A DNA stretch of 64,000 nucleotides from assembly GCA_023409975.1 (NCBI GenBank), contig JAEYQO010000104.1, forward strand, positions 1,157-65,156, read 5' to 3'. The notes beneath the pieces are model-generated. The model was not told the DNA's origin and did not search any database. It was given only the letters and a program-made list of their open reading frames with translations. Position 1 is the first letter of the stretch; the number at the start of each line of letters is the position of its first letter. The stretch comes from Bacteroidota bacterium. GTDB lineage: Bacteria; Bacteroidota; Bacteroidia; Chitinophagales; Chitinophagaceae. The position numbers and the translations under genes were made by a program. Shown here piece after piece: positions 45,002 through 53,582 of this stretch.

Positions 45002-45171
45002 AAATTACGTATTGCCGGGGTTTCTCAAAGCCACAAAGGTAACTTCCCGGAGCTGGAAAATACAAAACGTTTGGGGTTTATGCGTCGGTCGGGCAGCCGA
45101 AAACTGTTCCTCAAACGATCATTTTGCCTCCGGAGGTACAGATTTTATTGCTTCTGAAGCAAATAGTACTG

Positions 45172-46020
45172 ATGAAATCGGTTACAGCATCGATGCAGGA
45201 ATACGCGCGGGGAATTGCAGGAGGACTGCTCTTCAGCCTGCCGATACTGTACACCATGGAGGTTTGGTGGGCTGGGTTTATTATGCGCCCTCTGCATCTG
45301 GTGCTCTACATGTTAGCCACTTTCCTGCTGCTGCTCGGATACAATCGGTTTGCGGGCGTTCATGAGGGTACTTCCTGGAAAGAAGTGATCGTGGAATCCG
45401 TGGAGGAAATCGGTCTGGGAATGCTGCTTTCCTGCGCCGCCCTCTGGATTCTCGGCCGGATTAATTTCTCAACCATGGCGCCTTCTGAGATTGTCGGAAA
45501 GGTGATTATCGAGTCGATGACCGTCGCTATCGGTGTTTCAATCGGAACTGCCCAGCTTGGAGCCGAAGAGGAGGAAGGACAGGAAAATAGAAAGACTGAC
45601 AAAGAAATACCAGATACGACAACGGCCTGGGGTGTATTTCAACAGGCTACACTCTCCCTTTGCGGCGCTGTTGTAATCGCAGGAAACATCGCCCCTACAG
45701 AAGAAATTCAACTCATAAGCTATGGGACAAGCCCCATAAAGCAATTGATAATCGTGTTGTTTTCTCTGTTTCTGGGAGTATTGATTTTATTCTTAAGCAA
45801 CTTCCGAGGAGGAAGAAAGCCCGATTCTAAGGGACTTTGGTTTACTGTTATAGTTGAGGTAGGTCTGGCCTATCTTGCTGCAGTATCAGCCTCAGCTTTC
45901 ATGTTATGGTTCTTCGGTCACGTAGACGGTATCGGTTGGAATATGTTCCTGGCTCAGGTGATTGTTCTTGGACTCCCCGCCATGCTCGGAGCTTCCGCAG
46001 GAAGGCTACTTATCAGATAG
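45172..46020 (+). CDS. Integral membrane protein (resembles the TIGR02587-type family, from memory)
   Basis: YARGIAGGLLFSLPILYTMEVWW..., about 7 TM segments with an acidic loop (AEEEEGQENRK). The listed start 45124 is TTG; ATG candidates are 45172 and 45193. Confidence 0.55.
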   Translation: MKSVTASMQEYARGIAGGLLFSLPILYTMEVWWAGFIMRPLHLVLYMLATFLLLLGYNRFAGVHEGTSWKEVIVESVEEIGLGMLLSCAALWILGRINFSTMAPSEIVGKVIIESMTVAIGVSIGTAQLGAEEEEGQENRKTDKEIPDTTTAWGVFQQATLSLCGAVVIAGNIAPTEEIQLISYGTSPIKQLIIVLFSLFLGVLILFLSNFRGGRKPDSKGLWFTVIVEVGLAYLAAVSASAFMLWFFGHVDGIGWNMFLAQVIVLGLPAMLGASAGRLLIR

Positions 46021-46026
46021 AAAAAG

Positions 46027-46455
46027 ATGCTCATGGCTCGACAAAAACGAAAAAGTGCCGGAAAGGCGGAGGGTATCAAGAAAAACTGGTTGGAATGGCT
46101 GGTTTTTGGAATCGGCTCGCTTCTGATTTGTTTGGTGCTGGCAAACCTTCTCTTTCAAATGGTCAGGAAAACGGATCCTGAACCTCACCTTTCCCTTAAG
46201 GCTTGGCCGGACTCCCGTCACCATGAACCATTCCGATATAAAGTCCTGATCACTAACAATGGAGATGTAACGGCTGAAGGAATTGTGATCACTGGTGCTG
46301 CATTTAAAAACGGTTTCGCTGTTGAACAGGCCAGCATCAGGCTGGACTTCTGCGCGCGTCATTCCGAAGAGGAAGGATGGTTAAATTTTAATGCAGGGGT
46401 AGGGCAGTCCGATTCTACAAGATTCTGGATTGAAAGTTATCGCATAGCTAAGTAA
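46027..46455 (+). CDS. Small N-terminally anchored protein (resembles the TIGR02588-type partner, from memory)
   Basis: Basic N-terminus, one TM (WLEWLVFGIGSLLICLVLANLLF), then a beta-rich domain (YKVLITNNGDVTAEGIVITG). It starts 6 nt after the upstream gene. Confidence 0.5.
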   Translation: MLMARQKRKSAGKAEGIKKNWLEWLVFGIGSLLICLVLANLLFQMVRKTDPEPHLSLKAWPDSRHHEPFRYKVLITNNGDVTAEGIVITGAAFKNGFAVEQASIRLDFCARHSEEEGWLNFNAGVGQSDSTRFWIESYRIAK

Positions 46456-46738
46456 GGAGCCATAGCCAGCTATATCACTGGATGCTTGTTATGAATGGAT
46501 TGTCAACTAAACCGCATTAGGGGCCTTTTTCGTTGTGTTTTAATCAGAGCCGTGACTTTCGTCTTTACGGTTTCCGCCAGCTCCGCCTGTCTGACGATTG
46601 ATTTTGGATGGTGCGCCTGGTCGACTTGTTTGCTTGCGCTCCGCACCGGTTCCGTTACCTCGGCTGTCACTACGGTTGTTTCTGGGGCTTTTCATAGTGC
46701 TGAAGTTTTTATGTTTCGCGGGTAAACGGTGCTATTAA

Positions 46739-47263
46739 TTATAGATCATACCGCATCAGAATGTCTGTCTGCTTGTCGTTTCCCAGCATAAAGTCATGCC
46801 TGCCAAAGGTGTTGAATCCGTTCTTTTCATAAAACCGGATAGCCCTGTAGTTTGCCTCCCAGACACCCAGCCAGATGAAGGGAGCTTCCTGCTGTCCTGC
46901 TGTACTAAAGGCTATCTCCAGCAGCGACTGTCCGATGCCCTCTCCAAGAAATTGCCTGGTGACATAGATGCGCTCAATCTCAAAAGCCGCTGCATCTAGT
47001 GGCTCTGTCTGGGCGGTTCCCGTATTCAGCTTGAGGTAGCCCGCAACGACATCACCTTGAGATGCCAGAAAGAAAGTGGAATTTTGGTTCTGAAGTTCGG
47101 ATTTCAGCTGGGGTATTGAAAAGCTCTGTTCGAGATACATCGCCATATTCCCCGGGTCGTTCATCTCAGCAAATGCTTCGGCAAATGTCTGAATGCTGAT
47201 CTGTTGTAACAGCTCGACATCATTTACATCTAAACGGCGGACTGAAATGGGTTCACCAGGCAT
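46739..47263 (-). CDS. GNAT-family N-acetyltransferase
   Basis: IERIYVTRQFLGEGIGQSLLE (acetyl-CoA-binding Q/R-x-x-G-x-G/A motif), AIRFYEKNGF. Confidence 0.85.
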   Translation of the reverse strand: MPGEPISVRRLDVNDVELLQQISIQTFAEAFAEMNDPGNMAMYLEQSFSIPQLKSELQNQNSTFFLASQGDVVAGYLKLNTGTAQTEPLDAAAFEIERIYVTRQFLGEGIGQSLLEIAFSTAGQQEAPFIWLGVWEANYRAIRFYEKNGFNTFGRHDFMLGNDKQTDILMRYDL

Positions 47264-47524
47264 CGTTCAAATGTACAAAACCTTTATCCGCTTAGCGATT
47301 CAAACACTCATTGGCCGGCGAAGGATGCTCAGAAGATTTTTTTCCAACCATTAGCATCCTTCGCCAATGATAACTCTTCTATGACTCAACGATAATACTT
47401 CTTTGATAGCCTGTCGACCTAATATTTTCGGAAATTCAAGTCTGGGATTTGTGGATGAATGAAGTAAATCGCACCAAGCTAGTTGCGTTTTAATCCGAGT
47501 TAACGCCCCGGAACTTCATGGCTT

Positions 47525-47560
47525 AAAATAAAAAAAGCCTCCCGCGCTTTGCGGAAGGCT
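47525..47560 (-). terminator. Rho-independent terminator after tRNA-Leu
   Basis: Minus strand: AGCCTTCCGC-(5 nt)-GCGGGAGGCT (one mismatch) followed by a T-run. Confidence 0.7.
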
Positions 47561-47561
47561 T

Positions 47562-47648
47562 TGGTGCCCAGGAATGGATTCGAACCATCACACCCTTGCG
47601 GGCGCTGCGACCTGAACACAGTGCGTCTACCAATTTCGCCACCTGGGC
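47562..47648 (-). tRNA. tRNA-Leu (anticodon CAG), class II with long variable arm, CCA encoded
   Basis: Reverse complement: GCCCAGGTGGCGAAATTGGTAGACGCACTGTGTTCAGGTCGCAGCGCCCGCAAGGGTGTGATGGTTCGAATCCATTCCTGGGCACCA. The 7-bp acceptor, D arm, anticodon stem CTGTG/CGCAG with loop TTCAGGT, long variable arm and TPsiC GGTTCGAATCC all fold. Confidence 0.95.
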
Positions 47649-47717
47649 ATTCAGATCTTATTAGAAGAACTTCCCGCTCATTCCCAAAGCTTTAGGCCTT
47701 GTTCCTGTAAGGGAGTG

Positions 47718-47749
47718 CAAAGATAATAGCACGCTTTGAAACAAACAAA
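47718..47749 (-). promoter_or_regulatory. Candidate Bacteroidota sigma-A promoter (-33 TTTG / -7 TAnnTTTG) for tRNA-Leu
   Basis: Minus strand: tTTGtTTGtttcaaagcgtgctatTATCTTTG. The -7 box is about 70 nt upstream of the mature tRNA 5' end. This is a motif match only. Confidence 0.3.
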
Positions 47750-47771
47750 TTGACTCCCGATTTTTGCTAAG

Positions 47772-48572
47772 ATGCCTATATTGCGCCCATTCCTGTTTTT
47801 AAGCTTTGGCACTATGTATCGTTTGGTTAGTCTGGTATCCATTTTTTCACTTTGTTTATCGTCTTCCCTGAAGGCGCAACGTATCGCCGATCACAATACG
47901 CTCGGTTGGGCAGCTAGCTTCAACACCATTCATATCAATCAACGTTACTCCATATTGCTGGAATACCAATGGCGCCGTGATCAGCTAGTCGCCGACTGGC
48001 AACAGTCGCTGTTCCGAACAGGCATCCAGGCTCATCTGAAGAATGGACTACACCTAATGGCTGGCTATGGCTATATTATCACTTTCCCTCATGGCGATTT
48101 CCCTGCTGGTCCGCACCCGGTGCCTGAACACCGGATCTTCGAACAGCTGATGTGGAACGACGCCATTAGAAGGGTAAGCCTTAACCACCGTTTCCGGTTT
48201 GAACAAAGGTTTCTTGGAAAGATTGACCAACTGGCTTCAGAGAAAGTGGTTACTGACTGGACCTACCTCAATAGGATTCGCTACCAGCTACGCGCCACTA
48301 TTCCTCTTAACAAAAGATCAATGTCTGATGATACCTGGTACCTTGCTGCGTTCGAGGAGATCTTCATCGGTTTTGGAAAGAATGTCAACCAAAATGTGTT
48401 CGATCAGAACAGAGTTGGACTACTTCTGGGTTATCAGGTAAGTAAACACGTTCGCGCTGAAGCAGGCTATTTCAACGTTATTGTTCAGCAAGGTGGTTTG
48501 ATCAATGGCCGCGAAGTGTTCCAGTATAACCAGGGAGTCATGGCCAATCTTTATCTGACGCTGAATAACTAG
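47772..48572 (+). CDS. DUF2490-like outer-membrane protein
   Basis: Signal peptide ...LVSIFSLCLSSSLKAQ; W.....EYQWRRD; HRFRFEQRF; aromatic-rich beta pattern. The start may instead be ATG 47814. Confidence 0.6.
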   Translation: MPILRPFLFLSFGTMYRLVSLVSIFSLCLSSSLKAQRIADHNTLGWAASFNTIHINQRYSILLEYQWRRDQLVADWQQSLFRTGIQAHLKNGLHLMAGYGYIITFPHGDFPAGPHPVPEHRIFEQLMWNDAIRRVSLNHRFRFEQRFLGKIDQLASEKVVTDWTYLNRIRYQLRATIPLNKRSMSDDTWYLAAFEEIFIGFGKNVNQNVFDQNRVGLLLGYQVSKHVRAEAGYFNVIVQQGGLINGREVFQYNQGVMANLYLTLNN

Positions 48573-49747
48573 CTCAAATATTCCACTATGCCTGCAATCC
48601 CCTGGCCCCCACCAACACACGCGGTCACCAGGCCTCTTCTTTTACCGGTTCTTGCCAGATCGTGAAGCATTTGTATGGTCAACTTCGCACCAGAACACCC
48701 TAATGGATGGCCAAGCGCAATAGCACCGCCATTGATGTTGACCAGTTCAGGGTTCATGTCCAGTTTACGGATAACCGCCAGTGATTGAGACGCAAAGGCC
48801 TCATTAAGCTCTATGAGATCTATCTGGTTTAAAGAAAGGTCTGCCTGCCGGAGGGCTTTGGGCACTGCCGCCACCGGACCAATACCCATGATCCTGGGGT
48901 CTACCCCCGCTACAGCGCAGGCGACAAGTCTTCCCCACGGTTTCAATCCCAATTGGTTCATCAACCGTTCACTCATCACGATCACGAAGGCTGCCCCGTC
49001 CGATGTCTGAGACGCATTCCCCGCTGTTACCGTACCACCCTGTGCAAATACCGGCGGTAGTTTTGCAAGGACCTCCTTCGAAGTATCTTTCCTGGGTCCT
49101 TCATCTGTATCCACAACAAATTCTCTGGTCTGCCGCTTGCCTTTTTCATCAACGAACGTATGTTGCACAGCGATGGGCAGTATCCCATCTTTGAATCGAC
49201 TTTCTTCTATTGCCTGGAGTGCTTTCAGATGAGAGTGATATGCAAACTCATCCTGGTCTTCACGGGATACTTTGTAGTCTCTCGCCACCTGCTCAGCAGT
49301 CAATCCCATACTCAGATAGTAATCGGGTTCCGTCTGAGCGATGCGGTAATTAGGCATGGTCCTCCAGCCGGCGGTTGGCACCAGGCTCATACTTTCAGTT
49401 CCTCCCGCAATAATGCATTCCGCCATACCACTCTGAATCTTTGCCGTAGCCATGCTAATCGTCTCAAGTCCCGATGCGCAATACCTGTTGACGGTCACGC
49501 CCGGTGCCCATTCACCTATGGCCCTGTTGGCAATAATTCGGCCCACCTGAAGTCCCTGTTCTGCCTCCGGCACCGCGTTGCCAACTATTACATCATCTAC
49601 AAGTTTAGGGTCAAGTTGAGGAACACTGGTCAATAATCCTGTGATCACATCTACCGCCAGGTCATCAGGTCTTGTATGCCTGAATCCACCCCGTTTAGCT
49701 TTCGCTACCGCTGTCCTGAAACCCGCAATGATATAAGCTGCCTGCAT
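48569..49747 (-). CDS. Acetyl-CoA C-acyltransferase (thiolase)
   Basis: VNRYCASGLETI (active-site Cys), NEAFASQ, GGAIALGHPLGCSGA, ACVGGGQG. Confidence 0.95.
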   Translation of the reverse strand: MQAAYIIAGFRTAVAKAKRGGFRHTRPDDLAVDVITGLLTSVPQLDPKLVDDVIVGNAVPEAEQGLQVGRIIANRAIGEWAPGVTVNRYCASGLETISMATAKIQSGMAECIIAGGTESMSLVPTAGWRTMPNYRIAQTEPDYYLSMGLTAEQVARDYKVSREDQDEFAYHSHLKALQAIEESRFKDGILPIAVQHTFVDEKGKRQTREFVVDTDEGPRKDTSKEVLAKLPPVFAQGGTVTAGNASQTSDGAAFVIVMSERLMNQLGLKPWGRLVACAVAGVDPRIMGIGPVAAVPKALRQADLSLNQIDLIELNEAFASQSLAVIRKLDMNPELVNINGGAIALGHPLGCSGAKLTIQMLHDLARTGKRRGLVTACVGGGQGIAGIVEYLS

Positions 49748-49865
49748 TCGAAATGGTTTGTCTTAAAGTTAAGAATAATTATACCATGGGATTAATAACA
49801 GCTCTATCCGGAAGGTTGATGCGACTTCAGCCTTCTGGTACTAAATTTGAATATTATTCTCGGTT

Positions 49866-50231
49866 ATGGAAAAAACAAAGACATTGGTTTTAGGGGCTTC
49901 TGAGAATCCAGGTCGTTACAGCTATCTCGCTATCAAACGATTATTGGCTCACCAGAAGGAAGTCGTGGCAATCGGCAAGAAGAAGGGTAGGGTAGATGGC
50001 GTTGAGATCATAACAGACACTCCGCAAATGGAAGATATCCATACAGTTACACTGTACCTCAACCCCACTAACCAGAAGCCTTATTACGATTATATCCTCT
50101 CCCTAAAGCCAAAGAGGATTATTTTCAATCCCGGAACGGAGAATGAAGAACTGGAAAGGAAACTTGCCCAGATTGGCACTAACACCCTGGAAGCCTGTAC
50201 CCTGGTAATGCTCAGCACCGGTAGTTACTAA
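49866..50231 (+). CDS. CoA-binding domain protein
   Basis: TLVLGASENPGRYSYLAIKRL...VVAIG...V.LYLNP matches the small YccU/CoA_binding_2-type layout. Confidence 0.7.
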   Translation: MEKTKTLVLGASENPGRYSYLAIKRLLAHQKEVVAIGKKKGRVDGVEIITDTPQMEDIHTVTLYLNPTNQKPYYDYILSLKPKRIIFNPGTENEELERKLAQIGTNTLEACTLVMLSTGSY

Positions 50232-50251
50232 AGCGGATTCCGGACGCTTTG

Positions 50252-51019
50252 TTACTCAGATACCTCCACATAAACGGGGCAGTGATCCGAATGTTGTATG
50301 TCCGGAAATATCGCCGCGTCTTTCAGCCGATCGCGTAATGCTTCAGTAACAACACAGTAATCGATCCGCCATCCCTTATTCTCAGCTCTTACCGAGGGAA
50401 ATCGCCTGCTCCACCAACTATACTGATGAGGGTGAGGGTTGAAATACCGGAAACTATCAATCATCCCACTCTCCAGAAATTTATCCATCCATTCCCGTTC
50501 TTCAGGCAGAAATCCACTGGTTTTCTTGTTTCCTACAGGATTGTGAATGTCTATGGGCCTATGTGCGATATTGTAATCCCCACAGATGACAAGATTCGGC
50601 CGTGTTGTTCTAAGTTCCAGGATATAATCGAAAAATTCTTCCAGCCATTGATATTTATAGGTCTGACGAATGTCCCCTGTAGTTCCGCTTGGGAAATAGG
50701 CGTTGATCACTGAAAGATCTCCATAGTCTGCGCGGATCACTCTCCCCTCAGAATCACTCTGAAGAACACCATTTCCATAGAAAAGCGCATCTGGCTGTAT
50801 CCTTGTGAAAACAGCAACGCCACTATACCCCTTCTTCTCAGCCGGAAACCAGTAGTTGTGATATCCCAGTTCTTCCAACGCCTGATGATCAATATTGCTC
50901 TTTTCTGCTTTGATCTCCTGCAGACAGACTACATCAGCAGGATTGGTTGCCAGCCAATCAAGAAATCCTTTCTTGATGGCACTTCTGATACCATTGACAT
51001 TGTAGGAAATAATACGCAC
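50252..51019 (-). CDS. xth: Exodeoxyribonuclease III
   Basis: RIISYNVNGIRSA...DVVCLQEIK...ICGDYNIAHRPIDIHNP...WRIDYCVV...HSDHCPV. GTG start. Confidence 0.95.
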   Translation of the reverse strand: MRIISYNVNGIRSAIKKGFLDWLATNPADVVCLQEIKAEKSNIDHQALEELGYHNYWFPAEKKGYSGVAVFTRIQPDALFYGNGVLQSDSEGRVIRADYGDLSVINAYFPSGTTGDIRQTYKYQWLEEFFDYILELRTTRPNLVICGDYNIAHRPIDIHNPVGNKKTSGFLPEEREWMDKFLESGMIDSFRYFNPHPHQYSWWSRRFPSVRAENKGWRIDYCVVTEALRDRLKDAAIFPDIQHSDHCPVYVEVSE

Positions 51020-51060
51020 GACTGGAAAACTTGAACCGCAAATAACTAAAGTTTGAAGAT

Positions 51061-51957
51061 TTAGCCAAGTCGGTCTTTCGTGTCAGGAAAAAGGAGTACC
51101 AGAGCATTTCGCTGGGTCTGAGCGCTGATTCTTCTTGTTTTTCCAAGGTACTCTCCATCCACCTGGAAATAGGCCTTACCGCGAACTTCTATGGTCACTG
51201 ATTCTGCCTGTATCGTTTCAATTTTTTTGGTGTTGAAGGGCCGGTTAAAAAATAGCATTTTGATTAGTTCAATGACCGAGAGTTTACGAAGGATAACCAC
51301 TTCAAATAATCCATCCTGCATATTACCCAGCGGATTAATCCTGGCACCGGTACCGTACATTCTTGCATTGGCCAGTACCACCATGAATGCACTGCGGTGA
51401 AAAATGGTATTGTCTCTCTTGATGCTCACCTGGATCAATCTTCGTCTCCAAAGTACCCGGAAAACCTCGCGTGCATATCCAATTTTACCTCTTACGTCAT
51501 TCTCCTCAAAATACTTCACCAACTGGGCATTAAGACCGATGTCGCTAAGATGGATACAAACATTTTCCTGGTTGAGCCGGATAATATCAACATATTTAGG
51601 GCTGCCATGTAACAACACATGTATGCAATCCTCAAGAGTGGTCGGCATCTGCAACTCTCTTGCCATACCGTTTGCTGATCCTGCAGGAAAGATACACACG
51701 GGGATCCCCGTGTCTATTACCACCTCCGCCACCAGCTTTAAAGTCCCATCCCCTCCCACAGCAACTACTTTATCGGGTCGCCAGCTCTGGATCCAGAATC
51801 CGATAGATTCTTTATCATTCTTGCCTGAAGTGTGAAAAATTTCAATATTGTGTTGCGTCTGCCGGAAATAGTCTTTGATCCCGGTTTCCCAGGATTCTTT
51901 AGACCTTCCCCCGGATACAGGGTTGATCACGAATAGCAACTTAAGGGGTTCTGGCAC
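51061..51957 (-). CDS. Diacylglycerol-kinase-family lipid kinase (DAGK catalytic domain, YegS/BmrU-like)
   Basis: LLFVINPVSGGRSK, VVAVGGDGTLKLVAEV (GGDGT motif), FPAGSANGMAREL. GTG start. Confidence 0.85.
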   Translation of the reverse strand: MPEPLKLLFVINPVSGGRSKESWETGIKDYFRQTQHNIEIFHTSGKNDKESIGFWIQSWRPDKVVAVGGDGTLKLVAEVVIDTGIPVCIFPAGSANGMARELQMPTTLEDCIHVLLHGSPKYVDIIRLNQENVCIHLSDIGLNAQLVKYFEENDVRGKIGYAREVFRVLWRRRLIQVSIKRDNTIFHRSAFMVVLANARMYGTGARINPLGNMQDGLFEVVILRKLSVIELIKMLFFNRPFNTKKIETIQAESVTIEVRGKAYFQVDGEYLGKTRRISAQTQRNALVLLFPDTKDRLG

Positions 51958-52003
51958 GTTATTGTTTTGGTTTTAACTGCTATATAAAAATAAGACCATC
52001 TTC

Positions 52004-53029
52004 ATGCCCAACCAGAAATCTTCTTTAAAGGAGTGGTTCTACAACAAGCTTTACATCACCCGCAACCCGGTGATCAGAGTATACAATGGCTATGGAGACA
52101 ATGATCAACTAATCATTTACGGACATGTACTGAAACAGTCCCCGCTTCCCAGACGGAAATTCCGAAAGAATTTCTGGAGTAACAGCCTGTCTCTTCTGCG
52201 GCTTTTTATGGTGCAGCCTTTTAAGAATGCCAGGGTTGTCTTAGAATGGCAGGACATGAAGTTGGAGGCTATTACAGATGTTGATGGTTTCTTCAAGTTC
52301 GAATGGAAACCGGAAAAAGAACTGGAAGAAGGCTGGCATCGTGTTACAGTTCGGATTGCCGAGGGTAAATTCGCCGGCCATTCAGGTGAAGGAAAGTTAC
52401 TGGTCCCGCACAATACAAGATACCTGTTCATCTCGGATATCGATGATACTTTTCTCGTTTCGCACTCATCGAATCTTCGAAAGCGTCTTTACGTACTGCT
52501 GACAAAGAACGCCCGTACCAGAAGGCCTTTTGAGGGTGTCGTCCGGCACTATCAGCTATTGGCTCATGCAGGCACTTCCCTGGAAGCACCCAATGCATTC
52601 TTCTATGTAAGTAGCAGCGAATGGAACCTCTACGACTATATCCGTGAGTTCAAGAGGAGCTATGGTATTCCGGAAGGGGTTTACCTGCTGAATCAACTGA
52701 AACAGGGCTACGAATTCCTGAAAACCGGACAAACCAAGCACAATGGCAAATTCTTCCGGATCATCAGGATTCTGAAGGAGTTTCCAAATCATAGGTATAT
52801 CCTGTTGGGAGACGATACTCAAATGGATCCGGAGATTTATCAGTCTGTAGCCGAGAATTTCCCTGATCGTATTCACTGTGTCTATCTGCGTCATGTCGGG
52901 AAGCATAAAAGGCCTGAAGTGGAAGAACGTGTCCGGGCTATGAAAGCGCTCGGAGTTGAAGTCTGTTATTTTACTACAAGTAGTGAGGCTATCGCCCACT
53001 CGAAAAAAATGGGGTTAATAGAAAGCTGA
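52004..53029 (+). CDS. App1-family (DUF2183) phosphatidate phosphatase-like protein
   Basis: Ig-like N-terminal part, then the DxDxT motif in LFISDIDDTFLVSH, FFYVSSSEWNLYD, and ILLGDDTQMDPEIY (the HAD-like motifs of App1). Confidence 0.7.
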   Translation: MPNQKSSLKEWFYNKLYITRNPVIRVYNGYGDNDQLIIYGHVLKQSPLPRRKFRKNFWSNSLSLLRLFMVQPFKNARVVLEWQDMKLEAITDVDGFFKFEWKPEKELEEGWHRVTVRIAEGKFAGHSGEGKLLVPHNTRYLFISDIDDTFLVSHSSNLRKRLYVLLTKNARTRRPFEGVVRHYQLLAHAGTSLEAPNAFFYVSSSEWNLYDYIREFKRSYGIPEGVYLLNQLKQGYEFLKTGQTKHNGKFFRIIRILKEFPNHRYILLGDDTQMDPEIYQSVAENFPDRIHCVYLRHVGKHKRPEVEERVRAMKALGVEVCYFTTSSEAIAHSKKMGLIES

Positions 53030-53030
53030 A

Positions 53031-53510
53031 ATGGGATACGAAGAAAAGTTTATGCTGGAAGCTGCCAGGATTGCTGGCAAAGGTGTTGACACCTGCAAGG
53101 GAGGTCCGTTCGGGTCTGTAGTGGTCAGAAATGGCGAGGTTGTGGGTAGCAGTAGCAATCGGGTGTTTGAAACCAATGACCCTACAGCACATGCCGAAGT
53201 GATGGCCATACGGGATGCAGCAAAACGACTGGGTACTCCGGAGCTGGAGGGATGTGAAATCTACTCGGTCGGAGAGCCCTGTCCAATGTGCCTTGCTGCC
53301 ATTTACTGGGCTCGGATCGAAAAGGTCTATTTCGCCAACACGAAAGAACAGGCAGCACGTCTCGGCTTCGATGACAGCTTTATTTACAAAGAGCTGGCTT
53401 CAACATTCCATGAGCGTACACTAACTATGCAACACACGCCCATCAATGAAGCGGCTGATCTGTTTGATAAATGGCGTAATATGGATACGGAAGGTCTTCC
53501 TCAAACCTGA
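53031..53510 (+). CDS. guaD: Guanine deaminase, CDA-fold (B. subtilis GuaD-type)
   Basis: GGPFGSVVVRNGEVVG...NDPTAHAEVMAIRDA...GEPCPMCLAAIYWARIEKVYFA...GFDDSFIYKEL closely parallels the GuaD sequence as I recall it. Confidence 0.8.
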   Translation: MGYEEKFMLEAARIAGKGVDTCKGGPFGSVVVRNGEVVGSSSNRVFETNDPTAHAEVMAIRDAAKRLGTPELEGCEIYSVGEPCPMCLAAIYWARIEKVYFANTKEQAARLGFDDSFIYKELASTFHERTLTMQHTPINEAADLFDKWRNMDTEGLPQT

Positions 53511-53530
53511 ATTCCAGAACTATAGATCAC

Positions 53531-53575
53531 AAAAAAAAGGCTGCCTCATCCGAGGCAGCCTTAAATGTTTTTTAA
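53531..53575. terminator. Bidirectional intrinsic terminator between convergent guaD and lpdA
   Basis: aaaaaaaa-GGCTGCCTC-atcc-GAGGCAGCC-ttaaatgtttttt. Confidence 0.75.
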
Positions 53576-53582
53576 TGAATAC

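Noticed and set aside
46495-46725. 76-aa plus-strand ORF.
   Set aside because: It has a Cys/Val/Thr-rich composition with no motif. It is the antisense of the more plausible, though still unproven, 51-codon basic ORF.
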